64,000 bases of DNA from an uncultured bacterium (GCA_964621645.1 CAZUMH010000002.1:8928-72927), one strand, 5' to 3'. Positions 29,545 through 40,622 are shown, numbered from the stretch's first letter. Numbers and translations are program-made. Notes: a model not told the origin generated them from the letters alone.

Positions 29545-32500
29545 ATGCACATTGCCGAACGAGTTATTCAGCGACCTGTCGCCGTTTGTATGAGCTATCT
29601 GGCGGTTTTACTTCTCGGCGGCATCAGCCTTTCACGCATCCCCGTTGATCTGCTTCCGGATCTTTCCTATCCCAAACTGACGGTGCAGACCGAATACAGC
29701 GATGCGCCGCCCGAAGAAGTGGAGCGGCTGATCAGCCAGAGTATCGAGCGGGTGATGGCCAATGTCCCGGGATTGCGGCGTATCTCATCTGTTTCCAGGG
29801 AAGGATTAAGCGTGGTGACGCTTGAATTTACCTGGGGCCAGAATATGGATTTCGCGGCTCTCCATGTACGGGAAAACCTGGACCGGCTGGGCCGTATGCC
29901 GGAAGGAGCGGAAGATCCGGTGGTGATTCGTCTCGATCCATCCAGTCAACCCTTTATGGGACTGTCTGTCACCGGCTCCGATCTGCCCCACCTGGCTGAT
30001 CTGTCCCGTAATGTTTTCAAGAGGCGGTTGGAACAGATTGACGGCGTCGCCCTGGCCCAGGTTACGGGCGGGCCCCGCCGGGAAATCCAGGTGGACCTCG
30101 ATCCGGAAAAGATGGAACACCTCGGACTAACGGTAGCAGAAGTCGCCGCCAGCATCAATCAGGCTAATCGGGATCTTCCCGGCGGCACTCTGCTGCGGGG
30201 GCGATACCGTTTCAGTCTGCGGACATTGGGAGCGTTTCAATCCCTCCAGGATATTGGCAATGTGGTGATTTGGCGCGGAGACGGCGGCAATAAGGTGCTC
30301 CTTCAGGATCTCGCTGAGATTCGGGATGGATTCAGGGAGAAGACGGCTATTACCCGCTATAACGGGGAGGAGTCCATCGGGTTGCTGCTGCAAAAAGAGG
30401 CCGATGCCAACACAGTGCAGGTGTCAGGCATCGTGAAAAAAGTTCTGCAGCAGCTCAGGACACAGTACCCGGAAGTGACTATTGCTGTCGCTTACAACCA
30501 GGCGGAATTTATTCAGCAGGCCATCACAAATTTACTCCTGGCTATTCTGCTGGGCGGTGTGCTGGCTTTTCTGGTCCTCTTTATCTTTCTGCATGACGCC
30601 CGCCATCCGCTGGCGGTCGGAGTGGCCATTCCCATAGCCATTGTTGCGACATTCATGTTGCTCCATTTTACCGGTGTCACCCTGAACCTGATGTCTTTAG
30701 GAGGGCTGGCCCTGGGAGTGGGCATGCTTGTGGACGCTTCCATCGTCGTTTTGGAGAATATTTTCAGACACCATGAAGAGGGAGCGAATATCCAGGCGGC
30801 TGCGGCCAGTGGTACCAAGGAAGTAGCAATGGCTGTCACAGCTTCCACCTTCACCACCATAGCCGTATTCTTGCCGGTACTCTACGTTAAAGGCGTGGCA
30901 GGCCAGCTTTTCCGTGATCAGGCTCTTACCGTCACTTTTTCCCTGCTTTCCTCTCTGATCGTCAGCCTCACTCTGCTGCCGGTGATGGCAGCTCGTTTCA
31001 GAAAGATTTCCGATCTTCCCGATGATAGGGGATATTTCAAGAGGGAAAACCAGGCTTCGATATGGCGTTCACATCGCCTGCTGTTCTGGATCAGCCGACC
31101 CTTCCGGCTGCTCAGAGACGGATTTAATTTTCTCATCATCGACGGACTGCGTCAGATGGGTCGGGCTGTATCACGGGTTGCCGGCTTATTGGCGAAGGCG
31201 ATCTCCCGGTCACTGAAGCCGCTTTTTGAGCAGACCGACCGCATTCTGGCCCGGGCTTTGGCCTTTTATGAGAAAGTGTTGGAAAGAGCGCTGGAACGGC
31301 GGGCATTGACGCTGGGGCTGCTTGGTTTGGTTCTGGTCCTCACATTCTTCATAGCCAAAGGACTGGACCGGCAGCTCCTCCCTGTCGTCGATCAGGGCGA
31401 GTTTCTCATTTCCCTGAGGCTGTTGCCGGGGGCCAGTCTCGAGGCGGTGGCGGAATCCGCAGCCCGTATGGAAGACCTGCTCCTGAACAATCCATCCGTG
31501 GCGGATGTCTTTACCAACATAGGCCGTGTGGAGGGAGAAGAATCTGAGAATGCCGATTTGAATCAAGCCAAAATGCGGGTACTCTTAAAACGAGGCAGGT
31601 CCACCAGGTCCGTAATGGAGGAGTTGAGGCATTCGACAAGCATGATCGCAGCAGAGGTAACAATGGAAGGAAGTCAGTCGGTGTTGGGCCAGCTCCTCGG
31701 ACAGGTGGGAGGTGAAGTTGAAATCCAGCTGATTGGTAATGACCTGGAGACCAACATCGGTTTGGTGGACTCTGTTAAGGCTTTGCTGGAGGGCACTGGT
31801 CTCGGGGAAGTAACCAGTGTTGATGACTGGTCCAGACCGGAAATTCGCCTTGAGATCGATCGGCGCAAGGCCGGGCTTTATCAGCTTTCTATTTTTCAAG
31901 TAGCGGCTTTCATCCGGAATCAGGTAGCGGGCAGTGTGGCAACCCAGTATAAAGCGTTCGATCAGAAAATAGATGTCCTGGTTCGGCCGCTTCATGCTGA
32001 AGGAATTTCTCTGCCCGATCTTCTCGATAGACGTATCCCCGCCGGTATTTCATCCGTTCCTCTCCGTGAATTTGTGAGGGCTTCCACCGGGAGAGGAACA
32101 ACTGCCATTCGCCGGGAAAATCAGGCCCGGATCGTACTCCTGAAAGCCAGGCTGGAAAAAGGAGGATTGGGACAGGCAATGGCTTTGGCCCAAAAGAGAC
32201 TGGCACCTCTCTCTTCTGACAGAATGCGTATTGAGATAGGGGGCACCAGGACAGAAATGTCTGAGAGTTACGGCAGTCTTGCCATGGCGGCGGCGCTGGC
32301 GGCGGCACTGGTTTTCATGATCATGGCGGCACAATTCGAATCATTACGGCACCCTTTTGTCATTCTGTTATCTGTACCCATGGGTGTCATCGGCAGTGTC
32401 TGGCTTCTTTTCCTCACCGGGCAGTCAATAAATGTTATTTCACTGATCGGACTGGTGGTACTGGTGGGAATAGCGGTCAATGACGCCATCGTCAAGGTCG

Positions 32501-32793
32501 ACTTCATCAACCAGCGACGGCGCGAGGGCATGCCTTTGCGTCAAGCTCTTCTGGATGCGGGCCGCAAACGTTTCCGTCCCATTATCATGACTTCTCTCAC
32601 CACAATTCTGGGACTTTTACCGCTGGCTATTGGATTGGGACGCGGAGCTGAGCTGCAGCGTCCTCTGGCTCTGGCGATCATCGGCGGATTGATTACCTCC
32701 ACGATCCTTACTCTGATCTGTATTCCGGTCATTTACAGCCTGATGGACAAGGAGAAACTGCAAATGACCGGTGGAGAGGAACCGGGTAGTTAA
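29545..32793 (+). CDS. RND-family (HAE1/AcrB-like) efflux permease, subunit 1
   Basis: 1082 aa, 12-TM with two large periplasmic loops, conserved AcrB motifs (VGMLVDASIVVLENI, LGLLPLAIGLG). Confidence 0.9.
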   Translation: MHIAERVIQRPVAVCMSYLAVLLLGGISLSRIPVDLLPDLSYPKLTVQTEYSDAPPEEVERLISQSIERVMANVPGLRRISSVSREGLSVVTLEFTWGQNMDFAALHVRENLDRLGRMPEGAEDPVVIRLDPSSQPFMGLSVTGSDLPHLADLSRNVFKRRLEQIDGVALAQVTGGPRREIQVDLDPEKMEHLGLTVAEVAASINQANRDLPGGTLLRGRYRFSLRTLGAFQSLQDIGNVVIWRGDGGNKVLLQDLAEIRDGFREKTAITRYNGEESIGLLLQKEADANTVQVSGIVKKVLQQLRTQYPEVTIAVAYNQAEFIQQAITNLLLAILLGGVLAFLVLFIFLHDARHPLAVGVAIPIAIVATFMLLHFTGVTLNLMSLGGLALGVGMLVDASIVVLENIFRHHEEGANIQAAAASGTKEVAMAVTASTFTTIAVFLPVLYVKGVAGQLFRDQALTVTFSLLSSLIVSLTLLPVMAARFRKISDLPDDRGYFKRENQASIWRSHRLLFWISRPFRLLRDGFNFLIIDGLRQMGRAVSRVAGLLAKAISRSLKPLFEQTDRILARALAFYEKVLERALERRALTLGLLGLVLVLTFFIAKGLDRQLLPVVDQGEFLISLRLLPGASLEAVAESAARMEDLLLNNPSVADVFTNIGRVEGEESENADLNQAKMRVLLKRGRSTRSVMEELRHSTSMIAAEVTMEGSQSVLGQLLGQVGGEVEIQLIGNDLETNIGLVDSVKALLEGTGLGEVTSVDDWSRPEIRLEIDRRKAGLYQLSIFQVAAFIRNQVAGSVATQYKAFDQKIDVLVRPLHAEGISLPDLLDRRIPAGISSVPLREFVRASTGRGTTAIRRENQARIVLLKARLEKGGLGQAMALAQKRLAPLSSDRMRIEIGGTRTEMSESYGSLAMAAALAAALVFMIMAAQFESLRHPFVILLSVPMGVIGSVWLLFLTGQSINVISLIGLVVLVGIAVNDAIVKVDFINQRRREGMPLRQALLDAGRKRFRPIIMTSLTTILGLLPLAIGLGRGAELQRPLALAIIGGLITSTILTLICIPVIYSLMDKEKLQMTGGEEPGS

Positions 32794-32803
32794 ACGGAAG
32801 CAG

Positions 32804-35800
32804 ATGAATTCTCGGAAAGACGACAAATTAAGTCTGACCTTTATCGCTCACGCGGTGAGACGACCGGTGGCTGTTGCCATGGGCGGACTGGTCATTCTTT
32901 TCACGGGGATCTACACGGCGCTGCATCTTCCCCTTGAAGTAACGCCCAACACGGATTTCCCGCGCCTGACCGTGACGACCAGCTGGTATGATACCTCGCC
33001 GGAGATCATGGAGGCTTTTATTACTTCTCCCGTTGAAGCCGCTGCTGCGCGCTTGACAGGGGTGAGAAATATTTCTTCCCGTTCCAGCGAGGGGTCTTCA
33101 TCTGTAACACTGGAGTTCCAGCGAGGCACCGATATGGAATTCGCGGCCCTGGCCCTCAGCGAGGAACTGCATAAAGTGCGAAAGAGCCTGCCCGTCGGAG
33201 CGAGCCCTCCTTTCATCACCAAGTACGTTCCCGAGGAATTCCAGAGAGGCAATTTTTTTACAGCGCGCATGTCAGGGACGCAGGGGCTGGCCAGTCTGCG
33301 GCAGATGGCCGTTGGGATCATTCGGCCTACGATGCTGGGAGTGAGCGGCGTCGCCGAAGTAAGCGTCTCCGGGGGACAGGACAGGGAACTGGCAATTCGC
33401 TTGAATGAATCCGCCATGCGGGCCCAGCGGGTTGATGAGCGGGACGTGGAAGCAGCCCTTACTACCTTGGTGTATCACAAGTCAGTGGGAGCAATCGGAC
33501 AAAACGGTCAGCGGAGGGTCTTATTTGTCGACATGCCCCTTGATTCCATTATCACAATAGAAGACGCGGTGATCAAAGTGCAGGATGGGGTGCCGGTGCG
33601 GCTTTCCGATATCGCGGACGTCAGCGATTCATATGGTTTTCCTAACAGCCTGACCCGTATCGACGGTAACCCTTCCGTAACCATTCATATTGAGAAAGAG
33701 ACAGGTAAAAACACTATCCGGGTGGCCGATGCCGTTACAGCCAAATTAAAAGAAATCATCGAGCGGCTTCCTTCCGGCATCGAGTTTATCATACTTGAAG
33801 ATCAGAGCCAGCAAATAAGAACCGAGCTTTCCACATTGAGCAGAAGAGCTCTCTACTCGGTGGCGGTGATCTTCGTGGTCCTTCTGGCATTTCTTTCGAC
33901 ATTGCGGGCTCCGATAATTATTCTCTCCACCATCCTGTTTTCGGTGCTTCTTGCCTTCAACGGATTCGTCCTTGCCGGTATGACGCTCAATCTTCTCACT
34001 CTGGCGGGTCTGGCTCTGGGATTCGGCATGTTGGTGGATAACGCTATCGTGGTTGTGGAAAATATAACCAAGTACCGTCAAAACGGTTTCCCTATACTGC
34101 AGGCGTCTGAAAAGGGAGCTTCTGAAGTTGCCATGCCGGTACTTGCGGCTACCCTTACCACCTTGGCGGCTTTTGTCCCCTTTCTCTATCTGACAGGAGA
34201 ATTGCGCCTTTACTATCTGCCCTTTACTCTGGCTGTAGGTTTCTCTCTCCTGGCCAGCATGGTGGTTGCCTTTGTAATGACCCCCTCCCTTATGGCCCGG
34301 CTTTATCGTGAAAGGGGCCCGGGAAAAGAGATGCGTTGGACGGGCAGACTGCGCCGGGGATACGCCTCCTTCCTGGCGGCTACCCTGCGTCATCGTGGAG
34401 TGACCTTGACTTTGACAGTGGTGGTGGTGCTTATCAGCTTCAGGATCTTCGATCAGAAGGTGAGCAAGGGGGAGATTTGGAATTACGGCGGCAACCGTAA
34501 AGAGACGTTGAACGTTTCCCTCCGGATGCCCCGGGGGACGCGTCTGGACCGCACTGACGCAATCATCAGCCGTTTCGAAAAAGAGGCGGTCGGTCAAAGT
34601 GGCGTATACCGGGTGGAGACCTATGTCACCGATGAATCGGCCCGTATGACAGTACGGTTTACCGATGCCGGATTAAACAGTATCGTTCCGTATCTCATTA
34701 AGGAGAAATTTGCAGCCGAGGCCGCCAACATCGCGGGATTCACTATTACAATATACGGATTCGGTGATCCCTTCTATACAGGAGGGGTAATGGGACAAAA
34801 TTTTTCCAACCGTCTGGAAATCCTGGGGTACAATTTCCAGGAAGTTAAAAACATCGCAGAGGATCTGGCGGTCCGGCTGAAGAGGAATCCCCGGGTGCGG
34901 GAAGTTGATACCGATGTGAGTTCTTCCTGGCTGGGAAGCGGACAGGAGATGGTGCTGCGGATTAACCGTGAACGGCTCTCCATGTATGACGTCGAACCCG
35001 CCTGGCTGCTGCAGCGCCTTCAGAGCCATTTGCGCGAGAATCTTCAGAACAGCAGTCTGGTCATCAATAAAGAGCAGGTTCCCTATGCCCTAAAATTCAA
35101 GTCCTCCGATAATTTTAATATCGATGATCTGGAATCGATGCTTATTACCCTGCCATCCGGCGAGACTCTGCGTTTGAATGAGGTTGTTCAGCTGGAGAGC
35201 CGGCGAACAATGAGCACCATCAGTCGGGAGAATCAACAGTATCAGCGGATAGTAGCCTGGGACTTTCGCGGTCCCGCGAAACTGGCCCAGCGGCTCACCG
35301 ATCAGATCGTGGAAACCACCTACCTGCCGCCTGGTTACCATTTGCAGCAGCCGCGTTGGAGGTTATCAAGTGAGGAGAAGCGGCAGATCTGGCTGGTTCT
35401 TGCTTTGTCTATACTCTTAGTCTATATGGTCACCGCCGGTTTGTTTGAATCATTCCTGCATCCCTTTGTCATCCTGTTGACGGTACCTCTCTCGCTATCG
35501 GGCGTCTTTCTGATTTTCTGGCTCACTGATACAAATTTTAATCAGTCCGCATATATCGGAGTTGTCCTCCTGGGCGGAATCGTAGTAAATGATTCCATCC
35601 TCTTAGTGGACCATATCAATCAAAGAAGAAAACAGGGCGAAAATCTGCTAAAGGCGGTGGAACAGGGTGCCATAGACCGGGTCCGCCCCATCCTGATGAC
35701 GACACTGACTACCATCGGGGGCCTGCTGCCCCTGGTGCTGGCCGGCGGTGACGGCACTGCCGATATCTGGTATACGCTGGCCCTGGCGACCATCGGCGGT

Positions 35801-35893
35801 CTGCTGTCTTCCACGCTGCTCACGCTTACCGTGATTCCGTCTCTCTACGTATCCCTGGAAAAATGGCGCTGGCGCATCCGTGGACACGGTTGA
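32804..35893 (+). CDS. RND-family efflux permease, subunit 2 (MdtB/MdtC-like tandem arrangement). The ORF is open from 32771 and overlaps the upstream stop.
   Basis: 1029-1040 aa, AcrB-type architecture (GFGMLVDNAIVVVENI, LTTIGGLLPLVLAGG). Confidence 0.9.
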   Translation: MNSRKDDKLSLTFIAHAVRRPVAVAMGGLVILFTGIYTALHLPLEVTPNTDFPRLTVTTSWYDTSPEIMEAFITSPVEAAAARLTGVRNISSRSSEGSSSVTLEFQRGTDMEFAALALSEELHKVRKSLPVGASPPFITKYVPEEFQRGNFFTARMSGTQGLASLRQMAVGIIRPTMLGVSGVAEVSVSGGQDRELAIRLNESAMRAQRVDERDVEAALTTLVYHKSVGAIGQNGQRRVLFVDMPLDSIITIEDAVIKVQDGVPVRLSDIADVSDSYGFPNSLTRIDGNPSVTIHIEKETGKNTIRVADAVTAKLKEIIERLPSGIEFIILEDQSQQIRTELSTLSRRALYSVAVIFVVLLAFLSTLRAPIIILSTILFSVLLAFNGFVLAGMTLNLLTLAGLALGFGMLVDNAIVVVENITKYRQNGFPILQASEKGASEVAMPVLAATLTTLAAFVPFLYLTGELRLYYLPFTLAVGFSLLASMVVAFVMTPSLMARLYRERGPGKEMRWTGRLRRGYASFLAATLRHRGVTLTLTVVVVLISFRIFDQKVSKGEIWNYGGNRKETLNVSLRMPRGTRLDRTDAIISRFEKEAVGQSGVYRVETYVTDESARMTVRFTDAGLNSIVPYLIKEKFAAEAANIAGFTITIYGFGDPFYTGGVMGQNFSNRLEILGYNFQEVKNIAEDLAVRLKRNPRVREVDTDVSSSWLGSGQEMVLRINRERLSMYDVEPAWLLQRLQSHLRENLQNSSLVINKEQVPYALKFKSSDNFNIDDLESMLITLPSGETLRLNEVVQLESRRTMSTISRENQQYQRIVAWDFRGPAKLAQRLTDQIVETTYLPPGYHLQQPRWRLSSEEKRQIWLVLALSILLVYMVTAGLFESFLHPFVILLTVPLSLSGVFLIFWLTDTNFNQSAYIGVVLLGGIVVNDSILLVDHINQRRKQGENLLKAVEQGAIDRVRPILMTTLTTIGGLLPLVLAGGDGTADIWYTLALATIGGLLSSTLLTLTVIPSLYVSLEKWRWRIRGHG

Positions 35894-36008
35894 TACCATG
35901 TCTATTCCATTTATTTCTCATAATGATTTGAAATGGCTGGGAGGTAATAAAAGCGGATACGGTTTTACGGGAAGATCTTGCGGATAAGATTGCACCCGCG
36001 AAGGATTT

Positions 36009-36410
36009 CTAAGAGGGATCGGCTGGATGAGACCTCTTTAAAAGTTTGTAGATCATCTCAATAAGTTTTTCAGGGGTGATGTTTCCTTTAACACAGTAGT
36101 GATTGGCGCCGGCTTGAAGTACTTCCTGTACCTGTTTGATCTCTCTTACCGCGGTCAGAGCCAGGACAGGGATATTCTTTGTCAACGGTTCATTCCGTAT
36201 CTGTTTAAGGATCTGCAATCCAGAGATGTCCGGCAACATCATGTCCAGAATAACGATATCAGGGTACTCCTTGTTGATCACTTCCAAAGCCGTATTTCCG
36301 TCTTCCGCCTCGATAACCTTGAATCCGGCTTTTTCGATGGCGTGTCGGTAAAAAAGGCGAGTAGTCATCGAATCTTCTACCAATACGATGCTGATTTCTC
36401 GCACTGACAT
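36009..36410 (-). CDS. Orphan single-domain response regulator (CheY-like)
   Basis: IVLVEDS, IVILDMMLPD, LTAVREIK, and K in YCVKG. Confidence 0.8.
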   Translation of the reverse strand: MSVREISIVLVEDSMTTRLFYRHAIEKAGFKVIEAEDGNTALEVINKEYPDIVILDMMLPDISGLQILKQIRNEPLTKNIPVLALTAVREIKQVQEVLQAGANHYCVKGNITPEKLIEMIYKLLKRSHPADPS

Positions 36411-36831
36411 TACATGATCCTCCTAGATACTCATTTCCTCCGGCGATGGTACAAATGTAACCAAAATTATTGCAACAAATCTCGGGCCAACGTATTCAAG
36501 GATAGCTATTAATGTATATTTAACAATATGTTAAGCTGTCACATAAAAGAATAAATCCTTTCAACCGTTTTTCATATTGAAATCGTCCCTGAAAGGGTGG
36601 AAGTGCTTGATAATACATAAAATACTGCTCGTAAGGAAATGAGGAAGTAAGACTGTATGAGATACGAGAGCGGCTTTCATTGCACATTGTCAGACTGACA
36701 GATAATTGTTATTACTCCGGGATTTTCAGCCATTTTGACACGAATATGTCCGGGATTCAATAATGAGATAACCTATTGATAAAATAGATATTAAATTGTC
36801 TGGCACATTCTTTGTCACAATAAGAAAATAT

Positions 36832-36876
36832 GGAGTTGCAGATAGGTCGGCAGTGATTGTCCGATCGGCGCAACTC
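36832..36876 (+). promoter_or_regulatory. Inverted repeat GGAGTTGC-N29-GCAACTCC in the clpB 5' region
   Basis: Perfect 8-bp arms about 50 nt upstream of the clpB ATG; the region also holds the TGTCAG-A-CTGACA palindrome (36688-36700) and TGGCAC-N5-TTGT (36801-36815). Confidence 0.3.
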
Positions 36877-36925
36877 CGGGTGGATGCAAGAATACAATAC
36901 TGCTGAGATCAAAACAGGAGAAGAA

Positions 36926-39547
36926 ATGACGTTTGAAAAATTTACTCTGAAAGCACAGGAAGCCGTTGCCAGGGCTGAGTCCATATCTTCGGAACATGGT
37001 CAGCAACAGGTGGAAGTAGAACATCTGCTCCTGGCGCTCTTGACGGAAAACGATGGGGTTCCTGCCGCGATTCTCCAGAAAATCGGAGTCAACCGTTCCA
37101 ATATAATGGATCGGCTGCAGCAGGAAATCGATACGCTTCCACGAATTTCCGGTCCCGGAGCGGCTGGACAGATATATATATCACAAAGATTGAATGATGT
37201 ATTCGGCGAAGCGTTGAAGCTGATCAAGCAGATGAAGGATGATTATGTCAGTACCGAACATCTGTTTCTAGCGGTCGCCGAAGAAAAAGGCTGCGCAGCT
37301 TCACGCATTCTGAAAGATGCGGGTGTGACCAGTGATGATATCCTCGCGGTGTTGAAAGAGATCCGGGGAAGTCAGCGGGTAACGGATCAGAACCCCGAAA
37401 GCAAATATCAGGCTCTGGAACGTTTCGGCAGGGATCTTACCGCACTGGCCCGGCAGGGAAAGCTCGATCCCGTCATTGGCAGGGATGAAGAAATCAGGAG
37501 AACCATCCAGGTGCTTTCCCGCCGCACCAAGAACAATCCGGTCCTGGTCGGTGATCCCGGAGTGGGGAAGACGGCCATTGCGGATAGCATTGCCCAGCGC
37601 ATTGCCGATGGTGATGTGCCGGAATCGCTGAAAGACCGCAGAGTCGTCCAGCTGGAAATGGGTTCACTGCTGGCCGGGGCCAAATACAGGGGTGAATTCG
37701 AGGAGCGTTTGAAGGCGGTGCTCAAGGAGATTGAGGAAGCTGAGGGTAGGATAATTCTCTTTATCGATGAACTCCATACCATGGTGGGAGCCGGAGCGGC
37801 TGAGGGTGCTGTGGACGCGGCCAACATGCTTAAACCCATGCTGGCCCGGGGCGAGCTGCGGTTGATCGGAGCCACTACCCTGGATGAGTATCGTAAATAT
37901 ATCGAAAAAGACAAAGCCCTGGAACGCCGTTTCCAGCCGGTGATGGTGGATCAGCCTTCGGTGGAGGATACCATATCGATTCTCCGCGGTCTCAAGGAAC
38001 GCTATGAAGTGCATCACGGAGTACGCATTACAGACGGTGCTATTGTGGCCGCGGCCACGCTTTCCCACCGCTATATAGCGGAGCGGTTCCTGCCTGACAA
38101 GGCCATTGACCTGATCGATGAAGCAGCGGCAAAACTTCGTACCGAAATTGATTCCATGCCCGAGGAAATCGACGAACTGGATCGGCGCCTCAAACAGCTT
38201 GAGATCGAGAAGGTGGCCTTAAAAAAAGAAAAGGATTCCGCTTCCCGGGAACGACTGGAAAAACTCGGCAAAGAGCTGAGCGATCTTAAAGAAAAAGCCT
38301 CCCAATTGAAGGCGCGCTGGCAGGTAGAGAAGGAGACCATCCAGCAGATCCGTGACACCAAAGCCAGGATCGAGGAACGGCGCCAGGAGGCTGAGATACT
38401 TGAGAGGGACGGCAATTTGAACAAGGTGGCGGAGCTGCGCTACAGTCTTATCCCGTCCCTGGAACAGGAGCTTCAGAAACTGAACGACAGACTTACTGAA
38501 CTGCACCAGGAAGGTTCCCTCCTCAAGGAAGAGGTGACCGAAGAGGACATCGCAGAGATAGTCTCACGCTGGACCGGTATTCCGGTGGCAAAGATGCTGG
38601 AAAGCGAACGGGAAAAAATCCTCAAGATCGGCGACCTGCTCCGGGAACGAGTGGTGGGGCAGGATGAGGCTGTGGAGGCTGTAGCCAACGCGGTACAGCG
38701 CTCCCGGGCCGGTATGAGTGAAGAAAACCGTCCCCTGGGATCCTTCATCTTTTTGGGCCCCACCGGAGTGGGGAAGACGGAACTGGGAAAGGCTCTCGCT
38801 GAATTTCTCTTCGACGACGAGGATGCCCTGGTCCGTATCGATATGTCAGAATATATGGAGGCCTTTAATGTATCCCGCCTGGTGGGAGCGCCCCCCGGGT
38901 ATGTGGGATATGAAGAGGGGGGGCAGCTGACGGAAGCGGTGCGCCGCCGGCCCTATTCGGTCGTTCTGTTGGATGAGATAGAGAAGGCTCATCCCCAGGT
39001 TTTCAACATCCTGCTGCAGGTGCTGGATGACGGACGGCTTACAGACAGCCAGGGACATGTGGTCACGTTTGCCAATACCATTATCATTATGACGTCCAAC
39101 CTCGGCGCTGAACTCATCCGGGAACGGTTTCAGGATATTTCTGATGAAAACCGTGTCACGGTGTATGAGGAGACCCGCACCGCGGTGCTGAAGCTTATGC
39201 AGCAGACGCTGCGCCCGGAGTTTCTCAACCGGGTGGATGAGTTCATCGTTTTCCGGCCGCTGACCCGGGAACATATCCGCCAAATCGTTGGGATCCAGTT
39301 TGAGCGCATGGTGCGGCGGCCGCTTCTGCGGCAGCGGCTGGATGCCGAGCTCAGTGAAAAAGCTCGCAAGATCATCGCCGCTGAAGGCTATGATCCCATT
39401 TTCGGGGCCAGGCCTTTAAAGCGGGTGCTGCAGCACCGTCTGACCGATGAGATCTCCCGCCGCATTCTTATGGGGGAATTTATTGCCGGAGACACCATCC
39501 TCATAGACGGAAAAGGAGATCAGCTTACCTTTAAAAAAAAAGGCTGA
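36926..39547 (+). CDS. clpB: ClpB disaggregase chaperone (AAA+ x2 with a middle coiled-coil domain)
   Basis: Clp-N repeats, Walker A GDPGVGKT and GPTGVGKT, long M-domain coiled coil, sensor-2; SD AGGAG before ATG 36926. Confidence 0.95.
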   Translation: MTFEKFTLKAQEAVARAESISSEHGQQQVEVEHLLLALLTENDGVPAAILQKIGVNRSNIMDRLQQEIDTLPRISGPGAAGQIYISQRLNDVFGEALKLIKQMKDDYVSTEHLFLAVAEEKGCAASRILKDAGVTSDDILAVLKEIRGSQRVTDQNPESKYQALERFGRDLTALARQGKLDPVIGRDEEIRRTIQVLSRRTKNNPVLVGDPGVGKTAIADSIAQRIADGDVPESLKDRRVVQLEMGSLLAGAKYRGEFEERLKAVLKEIEEAEGRIILFIDELHTMVGAGAAEGAVDAANMLKPMLARGELRLIGATTLDEYRKYIEKDKALERRFQPVMVDQPSVEDTISILRGLKERYEVHHGVRITDGAIVAAATLSHRYIAERFLPDKAIDLIDEAAAKLRTEIDSMPEEIDELDRRLKQLEIEKVALKKEKDSASRERLEKLGKELSDLKEKASQLKARWQVEKETIQQIRDTKARIEERRQEAEILERDGNLNKVAELRYSLIPSLEQELQKLNDRLTELHQEGSLLKEEVTEEDIAEIVSRWTGIPVAKMLESEREKILKIGDLLRERVVGQDEAVEAVANAVQRSRAGMSEENRPLGSFIFLGPTGVGKTELGKALAEFLFDDEDALVRIDMSEYMEAFNVSRLVGAPPGYVGYEEGGQLTEAVRRRPYSVVLLDEIEKAHPQVFNILLQVLDDGRLTDSQGHVVTFANTIIIMTSNLGAELIRERFQDISDENRVTVYEETRTAVLKLMQQTLRPEFLNRVDEFIVFRPLTREHIRQIVGIQFERMVRRPLLRQRLDAELSEKARKIIAAEGYDPIFGARPLKRVLQHRLTDEISRRILMGEFIAGDTILIDGKGDQLTFKKKG

Positions 39548-39554
39548 TAAAAGC

Positions 39555-39580
39555 GTCGGGGCCGGGTTAACGGCCCCGAC
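39555..39580 (+). terminator. GC-rich hairpin downstream of clpB (10-bp perfect stem, 6-nt loop, no U-tract)
   Basis: GTCGGGGCCG-GGTTAA-CGGCCCCGAC. Confidence 0.4.
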
Positions 39581-39740
39581 GGAATCAATCCGGAAAATTG
39601 GATGGGAGGTCCGTACGATAAAGCGCAGATATGGTAAAAAGGCCATCCTGCCGATCCTTTCTATCCTTCTCATTTCAATTGGATGCAGACAAGACGGTGC
39701 CGTCGAATCGTCTCAGGATTCCCGGGATTATCGCCGGGAG

Positions 39741-40622
39741 ATGCGGCTGTTTATCTCAGATCTGGCCGCCTGGGCCCGGACCCGGAAACCGGGATTTATC
39801 ATAATCCCGCAGAACGGTCAAGAGCTGGTCACTGATACCGGGCAGGAGGATGGAACGATTCAGCGGGATTATCTTGCCTGTCTCGACGCTACCGGAAGGG
39901 AGGAGCTCTTTTTCGGATATAATGGGGATGATCAGGAAACCCCGATCACCGTGTCCTCTTATCTTGCCGGGCTTTGCCGCCTCTTTGAAGAAAACGGCGT
40001 GGAGGTTCTGGTGACGGATTACTGCCATACTCACACACGGATGGACAGCAGCTATGCCAGGAATGACAGACTCAGTTTTACTTCCTTCGCGGCCCCTGAC
40101 CGGGAGTTGCGGGTCGTCCCATTTTATCCTCCCGCACCCTACCATGAGAACGGAAACGATATTACCAGTGTCCATAATGTCCGTAATTTTCTGTACCTGA
40201 TCAATACTGACATCTTTGCCGACAGGGAGGATTTTATCCAGGCCGTAGCCGTCACCAGTTACGACCTGCTCATTACAGATCTCTTTTACGATGAGTCATC
40301 CTTTCTTCCCGATGAGATCGATCGACTGAAGATAAAGAAGAACGGAGGGCGGCGGCTGGTCATTGCCTACCTCAGTATCGGCGAGGCCGAGGATTACCGT
40401 TACTACTGGCAGCAGTCCTGGTCCCTTAATCCGCCTTCCTGGCTCCTGCCTGAGAATCCCGACTGGGAAGGAAACTATCCCGTGCGTTACTGGGATAAAG
40501 GGTGGCAGGAGATCATCTTCGGTGAGGAAGATTCATACCTGGACCGGATCATTCAAGCCGGATTCGACGGCGTCTATCTCGATCTGGTAGACGCCTTCGA
40601 ATATTTCGAAGAGGAGCGCTGA
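39741..40622 (+). CDS. GH114-like (TM1410/PelA-hydrolase-like) glycoside hydrolase. The true start is probably about 40 codons upstream (near 39618), where the same frame encodes a lipoprotein signal peptide.
   Basis: Motifs AYLSIGEAEDYRYYW, GFDGVYLDLVDA, DYCH; the upstream in-frame sequence KRRYGKKAILPILSILLISIGC is a lipobox. Confidence 0.55.
   Translation: MRLFISDLAAWARTRKPGFIIIPQNGQELVTDTGQEDGTIQRDYLACLDATGREELFFGYNGDDQETPITVSSYLAGLCRLFEENGVEVLVTDYCHTHTRMDSSYARNDRLSFTSFAAPDRELRVVPFYPPAPYHENGNDITSVHNVRNFLYLINTDIFADREDFIQAVAVTSYDLLITDLFYDESSFLPDEIDRLKIKKNGGRRLVIAYLSIGEAEDYRYYWQQSWSLNPPSWLLPENPDWEGNYPVRYWDKGWQEIIFGEEDSYLDRIIQAGFDGVYLDLVDAFEYFEEER

Noticed and set aside
33746-34597. 283-aa minus-strand ORF inside the second RND permease
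   Set aside because: Antisense shadow ORF in a GC-rich gene; His/Gln/Arg-rich nonsense composition.
36009-36040. AAGAGGG...CCTCTT inverted repeat, considered as a convergent terminator between the RND operon and the orphan REC
   Set aside because: It lies inside the last codons of the minus-strand REC gene and has no U-tract.
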